Origin: Paragordius varius | Lineage: Eukaryota > Animalia > Nematomorpha | Length of the DNA: 64,000 bases | Direction of reading: 5' to 3' | NCBI GenBank assembly: GCA_964247055.1 | Contig: OZ176055.1 | Location: forward strand, 186,001-250,000 | Part shown: in pieces, positions 51,313 to 64,000 of the stretch | Position numbering within the stretch: the stretch's first letter is position 1 | Layout of the letters: each line of letters starts with the position of its first letter | Translations under genes and position numbers: made by a program | Notes under the pieces: generated by a model | The model's database searches: none | What the model saw: only the letters and a program-made list of their open reading frames with translations | What the model was told of the DNA's origin: nothing

Positions 51313-51539
51313 TTAATATAATTACCATAATAAAATAATCCATGTTAGCAACAATACATTGTGCATAGTCGGGATAAAAGATATAGGAAGCGAAGAAAAC
51401 ACAATTTATACATGTAATGTAAATTACAAAAAAAAATTAAAAAATTAAATTAAATAATTATTTTACCGTTTATATATGCACTAAATCCATATGGGCATGG
51501 ATTGGCCAATCAAAATAGTGCACACGTATTTATTCCCTA

Positions 51540-52390
51540 TCTCTCTTGTTTAATGTTAACGCAATTAACATTGTGTATTACGATTGTAATTAAATGATTT
51601 TTATAGGATAAATTAAGGTTTAAAAAAGTATGGTTGGTTGTTTTTTGAAAAAAAAATTGTTTTAAAATTTTTTGTCCATCCGTATAATTGCAATTTTTAC
51701 TGTAAAACCAAAATTATTTGCCTTTATTTTTCAGGAAAAACTCATTTATTACAGTAAACATCAAAATTATACGGAAAAGTATTTTAACCTTGTAAGTAAA
51801 TAGTTTAAATAGAAAAAATCAAAGTTTAAAAAAGTATGGTTGGTTGGTTATCTTTTGCAAAAAAATTTGTCTCTATATTTTTAAGTTTTGTCAAGGTTCC
51901 GTATATAATTTCAATTTTTACTCTAGTGAAAAATGTAAAGACAAATTTTTTTTAAAAAGATAACCCTACTTTTTTAAACTACCTTAATTCATCCTATTAA
52001 TATCAATTAATTTAATAACAATCGTAAAACATTTAATTGATTATGTTACCAATATTTTATACTTTTGAGTTTAAAAGAATGAGTTATATTTGATAAATTA
52101 AGTTTATAAATAGTATTGTTGGATTGTCTTTTGCACAAAAAAATTTGTCTTTATATTTTTACCTTTTTGACCGAATAATTTCAATTTTTACTGTAAAACT
52201 AAAACTTTCTCGCCTCTATTTTATAGAAGGGCTATTAAACATTGAAATTATACCGAAAAATATTTTAACATTGTAAATGAATAGTTTATTTGCAAAATAT
52301 AAAGATTTGAAAAAGTATGGTAGATGGTTGATTGGCTTTTGAAATAAAAATTTGTCTTTATATTTTTACATTTTGACCGAATAATTTCTA
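51540..52390. mobile_element. Cluster of family B MITEs at the left edge of duplication copy B
   Basis: Homologous to the cluster at 43469-44228. Confidence 0.7.
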
Positions 52391-52406
52391 AAACTATTCA
52401 TTTTAG

Positions 52407-52607
52407 GGTATGTATATGATTTCATCCGTGTTACTTATACGTATGAATTTACCTGCGCAATATCGTTCAATTATAACGCAAGTTTTGGGTGATTTACAAT
52501 TCAATTTTTACCATAGATGGTTTGACGTGATTTTCTTGTTAAGTGCAATTTCTAGCATTATTTTTTTATACCTGGCTCACAAAAAAGTTTCATTAGCTCA
52601 GGCTTAA
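52407..52607 (+). pseudogene. GPR89: Duplicate of the GPR89 terminal exon (copy B), intact with AG acceptor and stop
   Basis: 9 nt differences from 44236-44436, 7 synonymous; TTTTAG acceptor at 52406. Functional status unknown. Confidence 0.75.
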
Positions 52608-53423
52608 AACTCAATTTTTTGCATATTTTATACATTTTATAGTCAATAAATTATATTGATTAAAATTATTTGTTTTATTAAGTTTAAAAGTTATTAAAGA
52701 GTAAATATTCAATATTATATATTTTTCCTGTTGACAGCAATTTCCAGCATTATTTTTTTGTCTGGCCCACAAAAAAGTTTCATTGGCACAGACTTAAAAC
52801 TTCATTTTTTTACATATTTTATAGTCAATAAATTATATTGATTAAAAATATTTGCTTTTTTAAGTGATTTTTAAAAGTTATTACAGAATAAAAATTAAAA
52901 TATACTGAAGACAAACTTAAAAAACAATAGACTAATTTCATTAAACAGAAAAAACCATATTTTCAAATCTTATTTTCATATTAAACATATCGTTTTGAAA
53001 AGTAAAATATGGACTATATAATATATTCAATTTCTAATGTTTTACAAGCTAAAAAAAGTTTCATTGGCACAGGCTTAAAATTCATTTTTTTGCATATTTT
53101 ATAGTCAATAAATTATATCGATTAAAATATTTCCCTTTAAAGATATATTAATTATTACAGAGTAAAAATTGAAATAATCAATGGAAGACAAAACGTAATA
53201 ATATAATAACAAATATTTTCATTTAACAAAAAAACCATATTTTCAAATCTTATTTTCATATTAAACATATCGTTTTGTATAGTAAAATATGGACTATATA
53301 ATATATTCAATTTCAAATGTTTTACAAGCTAAAAAAAAGTTTCATACAAATAATCAAGGTTATTTCTTCTCAAAAATTTAAATCTTTTTTTTTATTTTAT
53401 ATATTGCTTTTTAATTAATTATA

Positions 53424-53667
53424 TACTACAGCTCAAATTCACCCTTGAACAATAAATTATGTCCTTTTTAACATTAAAAATTACCGCCTATATTTTTAAT
53501 TTTCAAAATAATGAAATTTTAATTATCAAAATAATGATACTATAAAAAAAGTATGCCTAAAGATATTATATTTCAGATTAATGATGAGTTTGTTATATGA
53601 GAGCCTGAAAACATAATTTATTTTTAGGGTGTTGAATTGTTCAAGGGTAGATTTGAATTGTAAATGG
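53424..53667. mobile_element. MITE family A, degenerate
   Basis: Right terminus AAATGG and 17-bp units recognisable. Confidence 0.65.
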
Positions 53668-53731
53668 TTTATATATCTATATTTATATTGCATTTATTTA
53701 ATTTTTCTAAAATTTCATATCAAATTTTGAG

Positions 53732-55582
53732 TTATAAGCGTTTCCTACGGAATTTGCCATTATGTTGGAGAGTTTTGTCTTTAACAATCCTTCGACTTCG
53801 GATTTCACGTTTTGTATGTATGGGTTGTTCATCTTTCGACTATTAATAATGTTAAAAATTTCCAAAAAATTGAAAACTAATTCCACAAAATATACTTATT
53901 AGTAAATAGTTTTATAAATATTAAGTAAAAAAAAAATTAAAACTATAAAATTAACATTACCGTTTTATCAATAATTGATTTTCTATGGTGTTGGTTATTA
54001 GGAGTTGATGAATGTTTTGGCATATTTTCAGCCTTTTTCAATTGTTGTATACGAGTTTGGAGATCTAACCTATAAATATATGGGAATAGAAATGGAAAAT
54101 TGATTAAAAATTATTCAAAAATGAAAATTTGGAAAATTAGGATAAAAAAACAAAATACAATCTTTTTTAAAACAAAGCAAGCTATATTTTGAAATTTTCC
54201 AATATCTATGGTTTGGTGTTACGAAATAAGGAATATAGAGATGTGATTTGGTAAAAAACATTATTTTTATATTTCAGAATCGAAATAAAGTTTATAAAAG
54301 TCGAATAAAAAAATCAAGGCTAAAAAATATAAGCTTTGTTACAGTAGTGTATGGAAAAAAACAACAAACGGCTGAAGTAACAATTATTTCCTTTCTTTTT
54401 TCCATACACTCCTCTCCTGTGTTGCAAATTATAGTATTGTGAAATAAGCAACCATAACAAATCCATACTGTATATATTAGTCTTTTAAACTTTATATATT
54501 TTTCCATAAATAATTTTTACTGTAAAAAAATCCAATTTTTTTCTAAATTTCCTATTTTTTCTTATATAAAAAACTAATCTTTTACTTACGTTTTAACGTT
54601 AATCGGCTTGAGAGCATTAATGGCATAATTATCAGTATTTCTTTTATAATTTTCATTATTTTTGGAGATATTTGTTGTTTTATTAACATTTTCTACTGGG
54701 GTCTTTTTATTTTCTGCTGTCGCTGTAATAAACTGTTGAGATGGCGTATTTTCTTCAAATGTTTGTTCAAGAGATGGCGATTTTTTTGCACGCGTTGTCA
54801 AAGGGAAAAAATAGGATTCATCATCACTAGAACTGGGAATTTCATCATTCCTATATTCCATATTGTCCTTTTTTGTAGGCAGGAATATTAAAATAAAAAA
54901 TATAATTTTAATTTAATTTATGGTAAAGAGTGTAAAAACAAAATTACAAATTTTTTCTTAAAATAGGTAAAATATATAAATAGTAATTATATGTCCAAAT
55001 ATTGAGTTAGTTTGTTATAATTGAAATAAGTAATAATCTTGGTATTTTTTTATAATTTAATAAGGCATTTGTATAGATAATTCACTTATTTTTATGAAGT
55101 TTGATTTTAAATATATATATATATATACCAACTGAAATTCACATTGACCCTTGAACAATTAAAAATCATTCTTGAACAATTTGAATTCATCCTTAAACAA
55201 CAAATTAAATTTTATCCTTGAACAATCGAAATTTACCCTTGAACAATTTAAATTCACCCTTGAACAACAATTCAAATTCATCCTTTAAAAATAAATTATG
55301 TTTTCAGGATATAACTCATCATTAATATGAGGTATTGTTTCTTTATGTCAGTCATAATTTATTATTTTTTAAAAGTATAGGTTAAATAATTTTTAATATT
55401 TGAAAAGACATAATTTATTTTAGGGTGAAATAGAATCGTTCAAGAGTGAATTTGAGTTGTAAATGATATATAAATTTATCCTGTGTTCTAGATTTATCAT
55501 TTTTTCCTAAAATACATAAAAAAAAATTGGATTTATTTAATGGGTGATAGCTCTGTTTTAGTAAAGCTTAATTTTTTTACAA

Positions 55583-55614
<32 letters not shown>

Positions 55615-58600
55615 TCTCACAAACCAAAATGCAAAAAACATTTCTTGAAATTTTAACACATAGTAGAAAAAAACTTTTTGAAACAAACTATCTCCCTCAT
55701 ACATAAAGACAAGATTCTTTCAGTACTATAAAAAACTTTTTTAAATTGTTTTCCAACTTTTAGAAAATATGGATTTTCTTGTATATCTGAACAAAATCAA
55801 ACACTTTTAAACTTTTAAGAGACTTTTCACTATACCTATACCTATAATACCATTAATTTAAGTTTAAACTCAAAATGATAAAATCTAATCAAAACTACTA
55901 TTAATAAATACATTTGTTAAATTTTTCGGATATGTTATTGTAGTTTGTCGGACTTGATTTACGCGTTTTTCTTGTTTGAGTTTTCGTTCAAGTTTACTAA
56001 CGAGTGGATCCAAGAATTTATATTCTTCCGTAGATTTATCAATGGTGAAGGCAGGATCCTGGAATAATTGACCAAATCTTTCATCCGTTATAAGCGAAGT
56101 TATATTGTGACAAGCGGCAAGAGCTTTTTCTTTTTTAGTTTGCTGTTTAGTATTATTAGGCAGAGCACGTGACTCCAGACCTGGTGACTTTAACTAAAGT
56201 AGTGCAAAAATAAAGAAAAGAAAGGTTGATTGATTAGATTATAAAAATGGACCGAAAAAAGAAAAGTAAAAACTTGAAAAAATATAAAAAACAACAAAAA
56301 CATATTTTTACACCTAGATATTATGGTGGTCTATTTCAGTATGCATTTTAATGGTTGCTTATTTCACACAACACTATAGTATGGCAATTTGTAACACAGT
56401 ACAGTAGTGTATGGAAAAAAAGAGAGGAAATTAATGTTTATTCAAGATTTTGTTGCGTTTTTTCCATACACTACTGTGTTAAAAATTGCCTACTATAGCA
56501 TTGTGTGAAATAAGATACCATTAAAAAATGCATACTGAAAAAAGTAATAAGGATGTAAATTGGTAAAACACAATTATATATACAGTAAAAATTGGAATTA
56601 TACGGACAAAATGCAATAAAATATCGAGACAAATATTTGTTTTTTCAAAAGACAACCCCATACTTTTTAAATTTAATTTTTTTACACTATAACTCATTGT
56701 TTTAAATTGCAAAGTATATAATAGAAATGTATATTGGTAACACAATTAATTATGTATTTTCCATTTGCAATTAAATAATTTTTATAGTATAAAACAAGGT
56801 TTAAAAAAGTATGGTTGTCTTTTCGAAATTTAAGTTTTGTCCGTATAATTTCAATTTTTACCGTATAAATCAAAATTGTAATTACATAATTTATGTGGTT
56901 AAAATGAAAGTTTTAAAAAAATGTATGGGTATCTTTGTCTTAAAAATGTAGTCTATATATTTTGTCTAAAATTTTCAACTGTAAAATTTGAATAAGTTAA
57001 CTTAAAGTGATTATTTTAATATTGTTGTTTTGAGATATTTTCAAATAATTTTTAATTTTTAAAAAAAATTATTTTACCCTTTCCTCGGTTTCATTCTCCC
57101 CTTGTTGTTGCATTAATCCACTCAATTTTTCTGCCAATTCTTTATTCACAGTTATTTCTAATCCACACAAACACACATAAAATTTTATTAAAATTTAAAA
57201 CCTAAAATTAGCCATTAAAATAATTAAAAGTTTTGTACATATAATAGAAAAAAAACTTTAAATTTTGGCAATATATATATATATATATATACTTGGCTAG
57301 TTTATATAACAAAAAAGATACAATAAAAATTGAAATTATACGGACAAAGGGTAAAAATATATAAACAAATATTTTTTTCTAAAGAAATGTATATTGGTAA
57401 CATAATCAATTACATATTCGATTGTTATTTATTAAATGTTTTTAATAGGATAAATTAGGGTTTGAAAAGGTATAATTGTGTTTTAAAAAAAATTGTCTTT
57501 ATACTTTTACGTTTTGTCCGTATAATTTCAATTTTTATTGTAATAATAATTGTCCAAAACAAATCACCAAAATTTTAATTCTATAGGGAAAAAAAGCCAG
57601 AAAAACTAATAAAAATTTGGATATTATTTTAGATAAAAAATCCCAAAAAATCATGCAAAAATTTAAAATAAAAAACCCAAAAATCCCTAAAAATCATTTT
57701 AAATTTTCAAAATTTTAAAAAATTATGCAAAATCCTAAATATTTCTAAAAAAACCCAAAATCCTATAAAAACATTTTATATTTTCAAAAATCCCGAAAAA
57801 TCATGCAAAAATCCTATATATTTCATATAAAAAACCCAAAATCCTATAAAATCATTTTAAATTGTTAAAAATCCTAAATAATCATGCAAAAATCCCAAAA
57901 ATTTCAAATGAAAACCCAAAATTCCCTAAAAATCATTTTAAATTTTCGAAAATGCTAAAAAATCATTCAATCCAATAAAATCATTTTAAACAATAAAAAA
58001 CCCAAAAAATTCCCTAAAAAATCATTTAAAATTTTCTAAAATGCTAAAAAATCATGCGAAAATCCTACTGAAATTTAAAAAAACCCGAAATTCCCTTAAA
58101 TTATCCTTATAAATATTTAAAAACCCAAAAAAGACCAAATCTTAAAAAATCATTCAATAATCCCAAAAATTTACCAAAATCCCAAAATTCCGTAAAAAAT
58201 CATTTAAAAATGTTTAAAACCCCCTTAATCTCTAAAAAACCAAACCCAAAATTGATTTCAAAATAAAATTCAAAAAACTTTTTTCATCAATCTTGAGGCG
58301 TTCAGTGCGTGTTAGGCGTTCCTCAATAGCAGCTTGAATTTTAGCCTGTTTGAAAGATTCAATCGTTGTTCCAATTAGTGTTGGATCATTTATTTTTGCC
58401 CGAGTTTCATAGTAAAGACCATTTGATATGAAATAACCATGCATATATGCTCTCAGTGCTTTGGTACCTTTGTAAAATAAAGTATAAAAAAATTTTCAAT
58501 AAAAAATGGGTATTTATAGCTTAAAAATTGACAAACAAAGGGAAAATTTTTCATATTAACCTCTAAAGAGGATTATAATATTCAAAAAATTGAAAAGAAT

Positions 58601-61600
58601 AAAAAAGTAATGTAATTTTAGGTTAAGTTTAAATTCGTAATAAAACTATATTTAATTTTCGGTGACTTTTATTGAAAAGTGTCCCAATAAAAAAAAATGA
58701 AAAGATAAGAAATATAGCTGGTTACATTGAGAATGCTTTTTTTAAACAAGGCATAATGTTAAAAAATTAGAGAATTTAATTAATACAGAAAATCCTAAAC
58801 CTTTGATTTTTCTGTATGGCTTAATATTTTACTATATTAACATCCTGATATATATGAAGGACTTAAATTTAGAGTGACTTAACTTAATTATAATGTACAT
58901 ATTTTAGTCCTATGTCATTCAAATTGATTATATTTTTATCACAATTTTTGATAAAAAAGAGTTAAATTAAAAAAAAAATCTAAAACAAAATCATTTTTTT
59001 CTAAAGAAAAGAAGTATAATTTTAAAATGAATTTTTGAACAAAATTAATTATTACCTATTAGGTGTGAAAGACCCAAGTTTTCCAATTCTGAGATTGTGC
59101 AGAACGTATAATCATCATAAATATTGTTGGTTTGTTCAGGTTTTGCAATGTTAATTTCTGCTGTCTCGTTATTTTCTAGAAAGTTACAATAAATTTTTAT
59201 AAATTTTTCCAAATTCCTTAAAAAAATCTTAGTTTATAAAATGTTTAATATATATAAATAAAAAGTATATTTTAAATATAAGCTGGATCGTAATATTAAA
59301 AATTGTGTGGTGGTATAAAATAATGAATATTATATTATTTTAGCTTAAATAGATGGCTCATTTATACCTAATGCAAGGCTTTATTTTAAATGTTATAATT
59401 TAATATTATTTGACCCAAACAAAAAAAAGTAAAAAACAATTATGTTTTAAAGTAAATCTTATTTTAAAATGTGGTGATTTTTAAATTAACATTTATTGGT
59501 TGGAATAGCGAAAGGGAGTTAAGATATGTAAATTGGTAACACAATTATAATAATTTTTGCAATGCAATTATTTACTTATAAAAGAAATTTAATATACCTT
59601 GAACAATTCAATTTCTTTAAACAATTCAAATTCGTTCTTAAATAAGAATACAAATTCACCCTTAAACATTTAAAATTCACCTCATAACAATTCAAATTTA
59701 CCCTTAAACAAGAATATAAATTCACTCTTGAATAATTTAAATTCATTCTTGAAACAATTAAACACCCTTGAACACGAATTCAAATTCGCCCTTAAATCAA
59801 ATTCAAATTTACCCTTGAACAATTTAAATCACCCTTAACAATATTCGAATTTACCCTTAAACAATTTAAAATATCCTTTAAACAAAATTCAATTTCACCC
59901 TAAAAATAAATTATGTGTTTTCAGGTAGCTAATATAAATCATATATTTTATTAGTTTTTCAAAGTTTTATATGTTAAATTAATTTCATTTTTTATAACAG
60001 TATAAAAATATAATAAGTAATTTTAGATTTTAAAAAACATAAAATTTGATTGAGGGTAAATTCAAATTGTTCAAGGGTAAATTCAAATTGTTTAAGGGTG
60101 TATTTGAATAAATGATATATATAATTGTCATTATATAGTTTATATTTAAAATATCTTGTCAACATTTTCATTTTCTCTTTTAAATATCTAAAAAGCTCAC
60201 ATTTATCGTCTCATAATATAAACTTTCAATTGTAACATATTTAAATATTTTTTTTCTAAATTATTTATTTATTTTTTTTAAAAAAACACTAAAATTTCAG
60301 TAACATAAATCATTATTAAAAACTCTAATTCATCAGCAGTTTTGTTTAAATTTTTTCCGCTTTAAAGTTCTTAAAAAATGCATTCCTTGATATACAGATT
60401 AAAACCACATTATAAATAATTTTTTTCGAAAAAAAACCACAAATTTACGTAAATACAGTAAAAAGTGAAATTATACGGACAAAATGTAGGAATATAAAGA
60501 CAAATATTTTTTTCTAAAGACAATTATACTTTTTGACTCTTAATTTTTATAATGATAACTCATTGTTTCAAACTATAAAGTAGGAAATAAAGTTGTAAAT
60601 TAATAACACAAGCAATTGTATTATATGATTGAAATAAAATTATTTTAATGGGATAAATTAAGGTTTAAAAAAGTATGGGGTTGTCTATCTTTTAGACAAA
60701 AATATATGTCTTTATATTTCAACGTTTTGTCCATAGTATAATTTCAATTTATACTGTATCTGTAAAATCAAAACTTGTAAATCCAGATCAGCTGATGTTT
60801 TTCAATAATATTTTTCGCCTTGAAGTTTTTAAAATGCTAATCTTTTAAAATGTTCTCTTTAGAAATTTTAAATAAAACTAACATATTAATTAAAAAATTT
60901 CAAGTTATCCCCTAAACTCCATAAACTAAATTTCATTTAAAAAAATCTATAAAATCAAACCTTATGAATCCAGATCAACTGATGTTTTGTTATAGCCTTG
61001 AAGTTCTTTAAATGTTAATCCTTAAAATTGTACTTTTAATAAATTTTCAGATAAAAACTAAGATTTTAAGGAAAAAAAAATTTTTTCCCCTAAACTCCAA
61101 ATTTAACCAAATTTCATTTAAACAAAATCTATAAGATCAAACCTTATAATTCCGGAAATTTTTAAATGTAAATTCTTGAAAATGTACTCTTCAGATATAA
61201 TTTTTAGATAAAAACTAACATTTTAACAAAAAAATTCCAAATTTTTCACGAAATTCCAAACTTTCATAGCAATTTCATTGTAAAATAATCTATATAAAAG
61301 CACACCATGTGAATCCAGATCAGCTGATGTTTTGTTGTAATACATTTCGCCTTGAAGTTCTTCAGTCAGAGTATCAAGGTAAGCAAACCATTTTGGAGCT
61401 GGTCCCAGGGTGGGGATAAAATACGCCCCCATTTGTGGTTCCTCTTGAGCCACCAGGAGCATTCCAGTATCAGGTGTGACCACACAAAAATCATTGAAGA
61501 GACAATCAGCTGATTTTACATGCAAAAAAAGTTTTAATATAAATTTATAATTTTTTAAAAGAAAAAAATAGTAATTTTACACGTAGAATATTATTTTTAG

Positions 61601-63881
61601 GATAATATAAGGTTCATTTAATTCAAAAAATTTAATTTTTCTAAAAAAATTATTTTTAGGATAATTTAAAATTAAGTTCATTTGAAAGCCTTGAACTTTC
61701 CATAAAATTCAGGAATTATCATTTTTTAACAAGCACACATAATTTATAAGTTATAATTATAAAGTAAAATTAAACCCCTTTTTGTTCAAAGGATACAGTA
61801 ATAACTGATATTATACGGACAAAATGTAAAATATAAAGACAAATTTAATTTACTAAAAGATAACCATACTTTTTAAATTCCATTTTTTGAAATATTACTC
61901 ATGGTTTCAAATTGCAAATTATAAAATTAATAGTATATTGATAACACAATCAATTCTATATATAACTATTGTAATTAAATAGCTTATATAGAAAAGCTTA
62001 AGCTTTAAAAAGTATGGTCGTCTTTTTAAAAATTTTTATTTTTATTTTTACATTTTGTCCGTATAATTTCAATTTTTACTGTATAAATCAAAAATCCCTT
62101 TTATTTCCAAAACATAATCTACGAATCGCAATACACTTTATTAACTTAGAATAAAAATTGTAGAAATTATACGTAAGAACAAAACGTGAAAATATAAAAA
62201 CAATTATTTTTTCTAAAAGACAACCACCATACTTTTGTAATCTCTTGATTTTTTTTATAACTTTCATTGTTTTAAACTACAAAGTATAAAATAGAAATGT
62301 TAATTAGTAACACAACAAATTATATATTTTACAATTGTAAATGGGGATAAATTAAGGTACCTTAAAAAAGTATGGTGTGGTTTTTTGAAAACAAAATTTT
62401 TGTCTTTATATTTCTTCATTTTGTCCACCTTCCGTATATAATTTCAATTTTTACTGTAAATAACTTAAGCCCCAAAAAAGTATCCAATTTAAATGCCTAA
62501 AAATCATTACAAAAAATATCCATTATTTAATTAAGAAACTAGTTGTCTTTTAAAAACATAATTTTGTCTTTATATTTTTACATTTTGTCCACCTTTCGTG
62601 GATAATTTCATTTTTACGGTAAATAACTTAACACCCCCAAAAAAGTATTTAATCTAAATGCCTAAAAACTAATTAAAAGAAAAAAACCAGCAAGTAATGA
62701 AAAAAAACTCTTCAAAACTTACCATTAACCGGTTCTATGGTAGTTAAATTTTTTGAAGTAGATTGATTTTCAGTTGTTTCAACTAAATCAAAATCTTGAT
62801 TGAAATTTTCAAAATTTCCAGGAATATCATTTTGATCAAAGGGTGCCCAAATTTTAATGCATTTCGGGTCCATGGAAGCGATCCAATCATTTTGTAGGAA
62901 TTGGATTTTGCCAATAGGAAGTCCGTACATGTGATCTTTGGCGTGATAAGGTGCACGTGATCGTAAATCATATAATTGGACCTATATGCATAAAAATATT
63001 AGTTTAAAAATCAAAAGTATGATAAATAATTGAAGGTAAATAAAATATATAAATATATTAAATTTTATATTTAAGAGAAAACATAGATAACCATACTTTT
63101 AAACCTTTGATTTCTATTACCCGCATATATTTAATTAGACAGATTTAAATTATTTAATTAAGTATTACAACAAATTTAAAATCTCGAATGCGTATTTCGA
63201 AACCGAAAATGATGATTAATTACTATAAAAATTGAAATTATACGGAAGGAAAAAAATGTAAAAATATAAAGACAAAATATTGTTTTCAAAAGACATCCCC
63301 ATATTTAAACTACCTAATTTATCCTATGTACAATCGTAAAATACATAATGTTGATTGTGTTACTACTAATTTACATTTCTATATTCTACTTTATAATTTA
63401 AAACAACGAAAGTTATATTTAAAAAATCAAGAAGAAATAAAGAAATAAAAAAGTATGTTAGATGAGAATATTTGTCTTTATATTTTCAGAATTTGTCCTT
63501 ACATATAATTTCCACATTTTTAGTCTAAATTTGCAATAAGCAGCAGAATATTTTAAAACACTTTTTAAAAAAATGGATTGTCTTTATATTTTTACATTTT
63601 GTCTTTATGTTTTCAGTTTATTGTTAATGTAAATATTTTACTGTGCCAAAGTTTGTTCCAACTCCAAATCTCAATTCATCCTTATAGGTGATGGCTGAAA
63701 AGCCAGGTTTGTTCGATTTTCGAAAGTGTGATGATATGCCCCCCAAGGGAATAGATGATATCTAAAGAACAAAAAAAAATGTTATTTATAAAAAAATTTT
63801 CAGTATTTCTTACCCGGTTTTTTAATTTCATGGGTGAATCAAAGATTAAAACAGGAAAGACATTTTGATTTTTGTCAAAAA
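53732..63881 (-). CDS. NOL10: Nucleolar protein 10 (Enp2), 5'-incomplete; exons 63881-63814 (tentative), 63761-63642, 62981-62723, 61509-61306, 59175-59056, 58467-58279, 57157-57078, 56193-55963, 54867-54590, 54069-53961, 53839-53732
   Basis: VGTNFGT|VQLYDLRS, KDHMYGLPI, YFIPTLGPAPKW...LDTLTEEL, IYDDY...LGLSHLIG, LRAYMHG, VNKELA, NUC153-like DERFGQLFQDPAFTID; consistent phases. Confidence 0.9.
55128..55466. mobile_element. MITE family A with expanded left 17-bp array
   Basis: About 8 CCCTTGAACAATT-type units; shared core. Confidence 0.72.
56351..56521. mobile_element. MITE family D (ATGGTTGCTTATTTCACACAACACTATAGTA termini)
   Basis: ~70-bp imperfect inverted repeat; related copies at 46805-46975 and ~54335-54455. 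Confidence 0.7.
56583..56863. mobile_element. MITE family B
   Basis: TA|CAGT...ACCG|TA. Confidence 0.8.
57321..57540. mobile_element. MITE family B
   Basis: TA|CAAT...ATTG|TA. Confidence 0.75.
57600..58230. repeat. Degenerate tandem repeat (AAATCCCTAAAAATCAT...AAAAACCC) in a NOL10 intron
   Basis: Recurrent AATCC(C/T) and AATCAT motifs. Confidence 0.65.
59597..60115. mobile_element. MITE family A with strongly expanded left 17-bp array
   Basis: Well over 10 degenerate AATTCACCCTT(G/A)AAC units, then the family core and right TIR. Confidence 0.72.
60456..60756. mobile_element. MITE family B
   Basis: TA|CAGT...ACTG|TA. Confidence 0.8.
61796..62456. mobile_element. Two adjacent family B MITEs (61796-62081, ~62151-62456)
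   Basis: Family TIRs present. Confidence 0.75.
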
Positions 63882-64000
63882 CTGGAAAATCAAAAAAAGA
63901 ATTTTAAACAAACAATAAGTAAGTACTTATTCTTTTAAAAAAGTAATAAACTCAATTTTATCAGCAATTAAGGCTCTAAGAAATATATAGACATGTATTA

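Larger units (their letters stand above)
51730..59510. repeat. Tandem segmental duplication, copy B
   Basis: Colinear with ~43440-50550; boundaries approximate. Confidence 0.85.

Overview
Very AT-rich animal (invertebrate-like) genomic DNA with spliceosomal GT-AG introns; the organism cannot be identified from sequence alone. Seven protein-coding genes were reconstructed by hand from splice sites and reading frame: a 4-EF-hand calmodulin-like protein with long inserts (+), a stripped-down WRN-like RecQ helicase (-), TMEM169 (+), an extended synaptotagmin (-), a GH56 hyaluronidase (+), GPR89/Golgi pH regulator (+) and NOL10 (-, 5' end beyond the window). A ~7-8 kb block holding the converging 3' ends of GPR89 and NOL10 is present twice in tandem, and both copies keep open frames. 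Introns contain two RTE-type LINE relics and about 45 copies of at least five foldback MITE families. Most notable observations: frame-required 26-31 nt introns at the 5' end of GPR89; foldback MITEs ending at or next to splice sites; ~190-210 bp tandem duplications of exon ends in three genes; the duplicated convergent 3' ends; and a strong excess of E-box palindromes (AWCAGCTGWT, CACGTG) inside coding exons. No rRNA, tRNA or CRISPR array was recognised. All coordinates and counts are manual and need computational confirmation.
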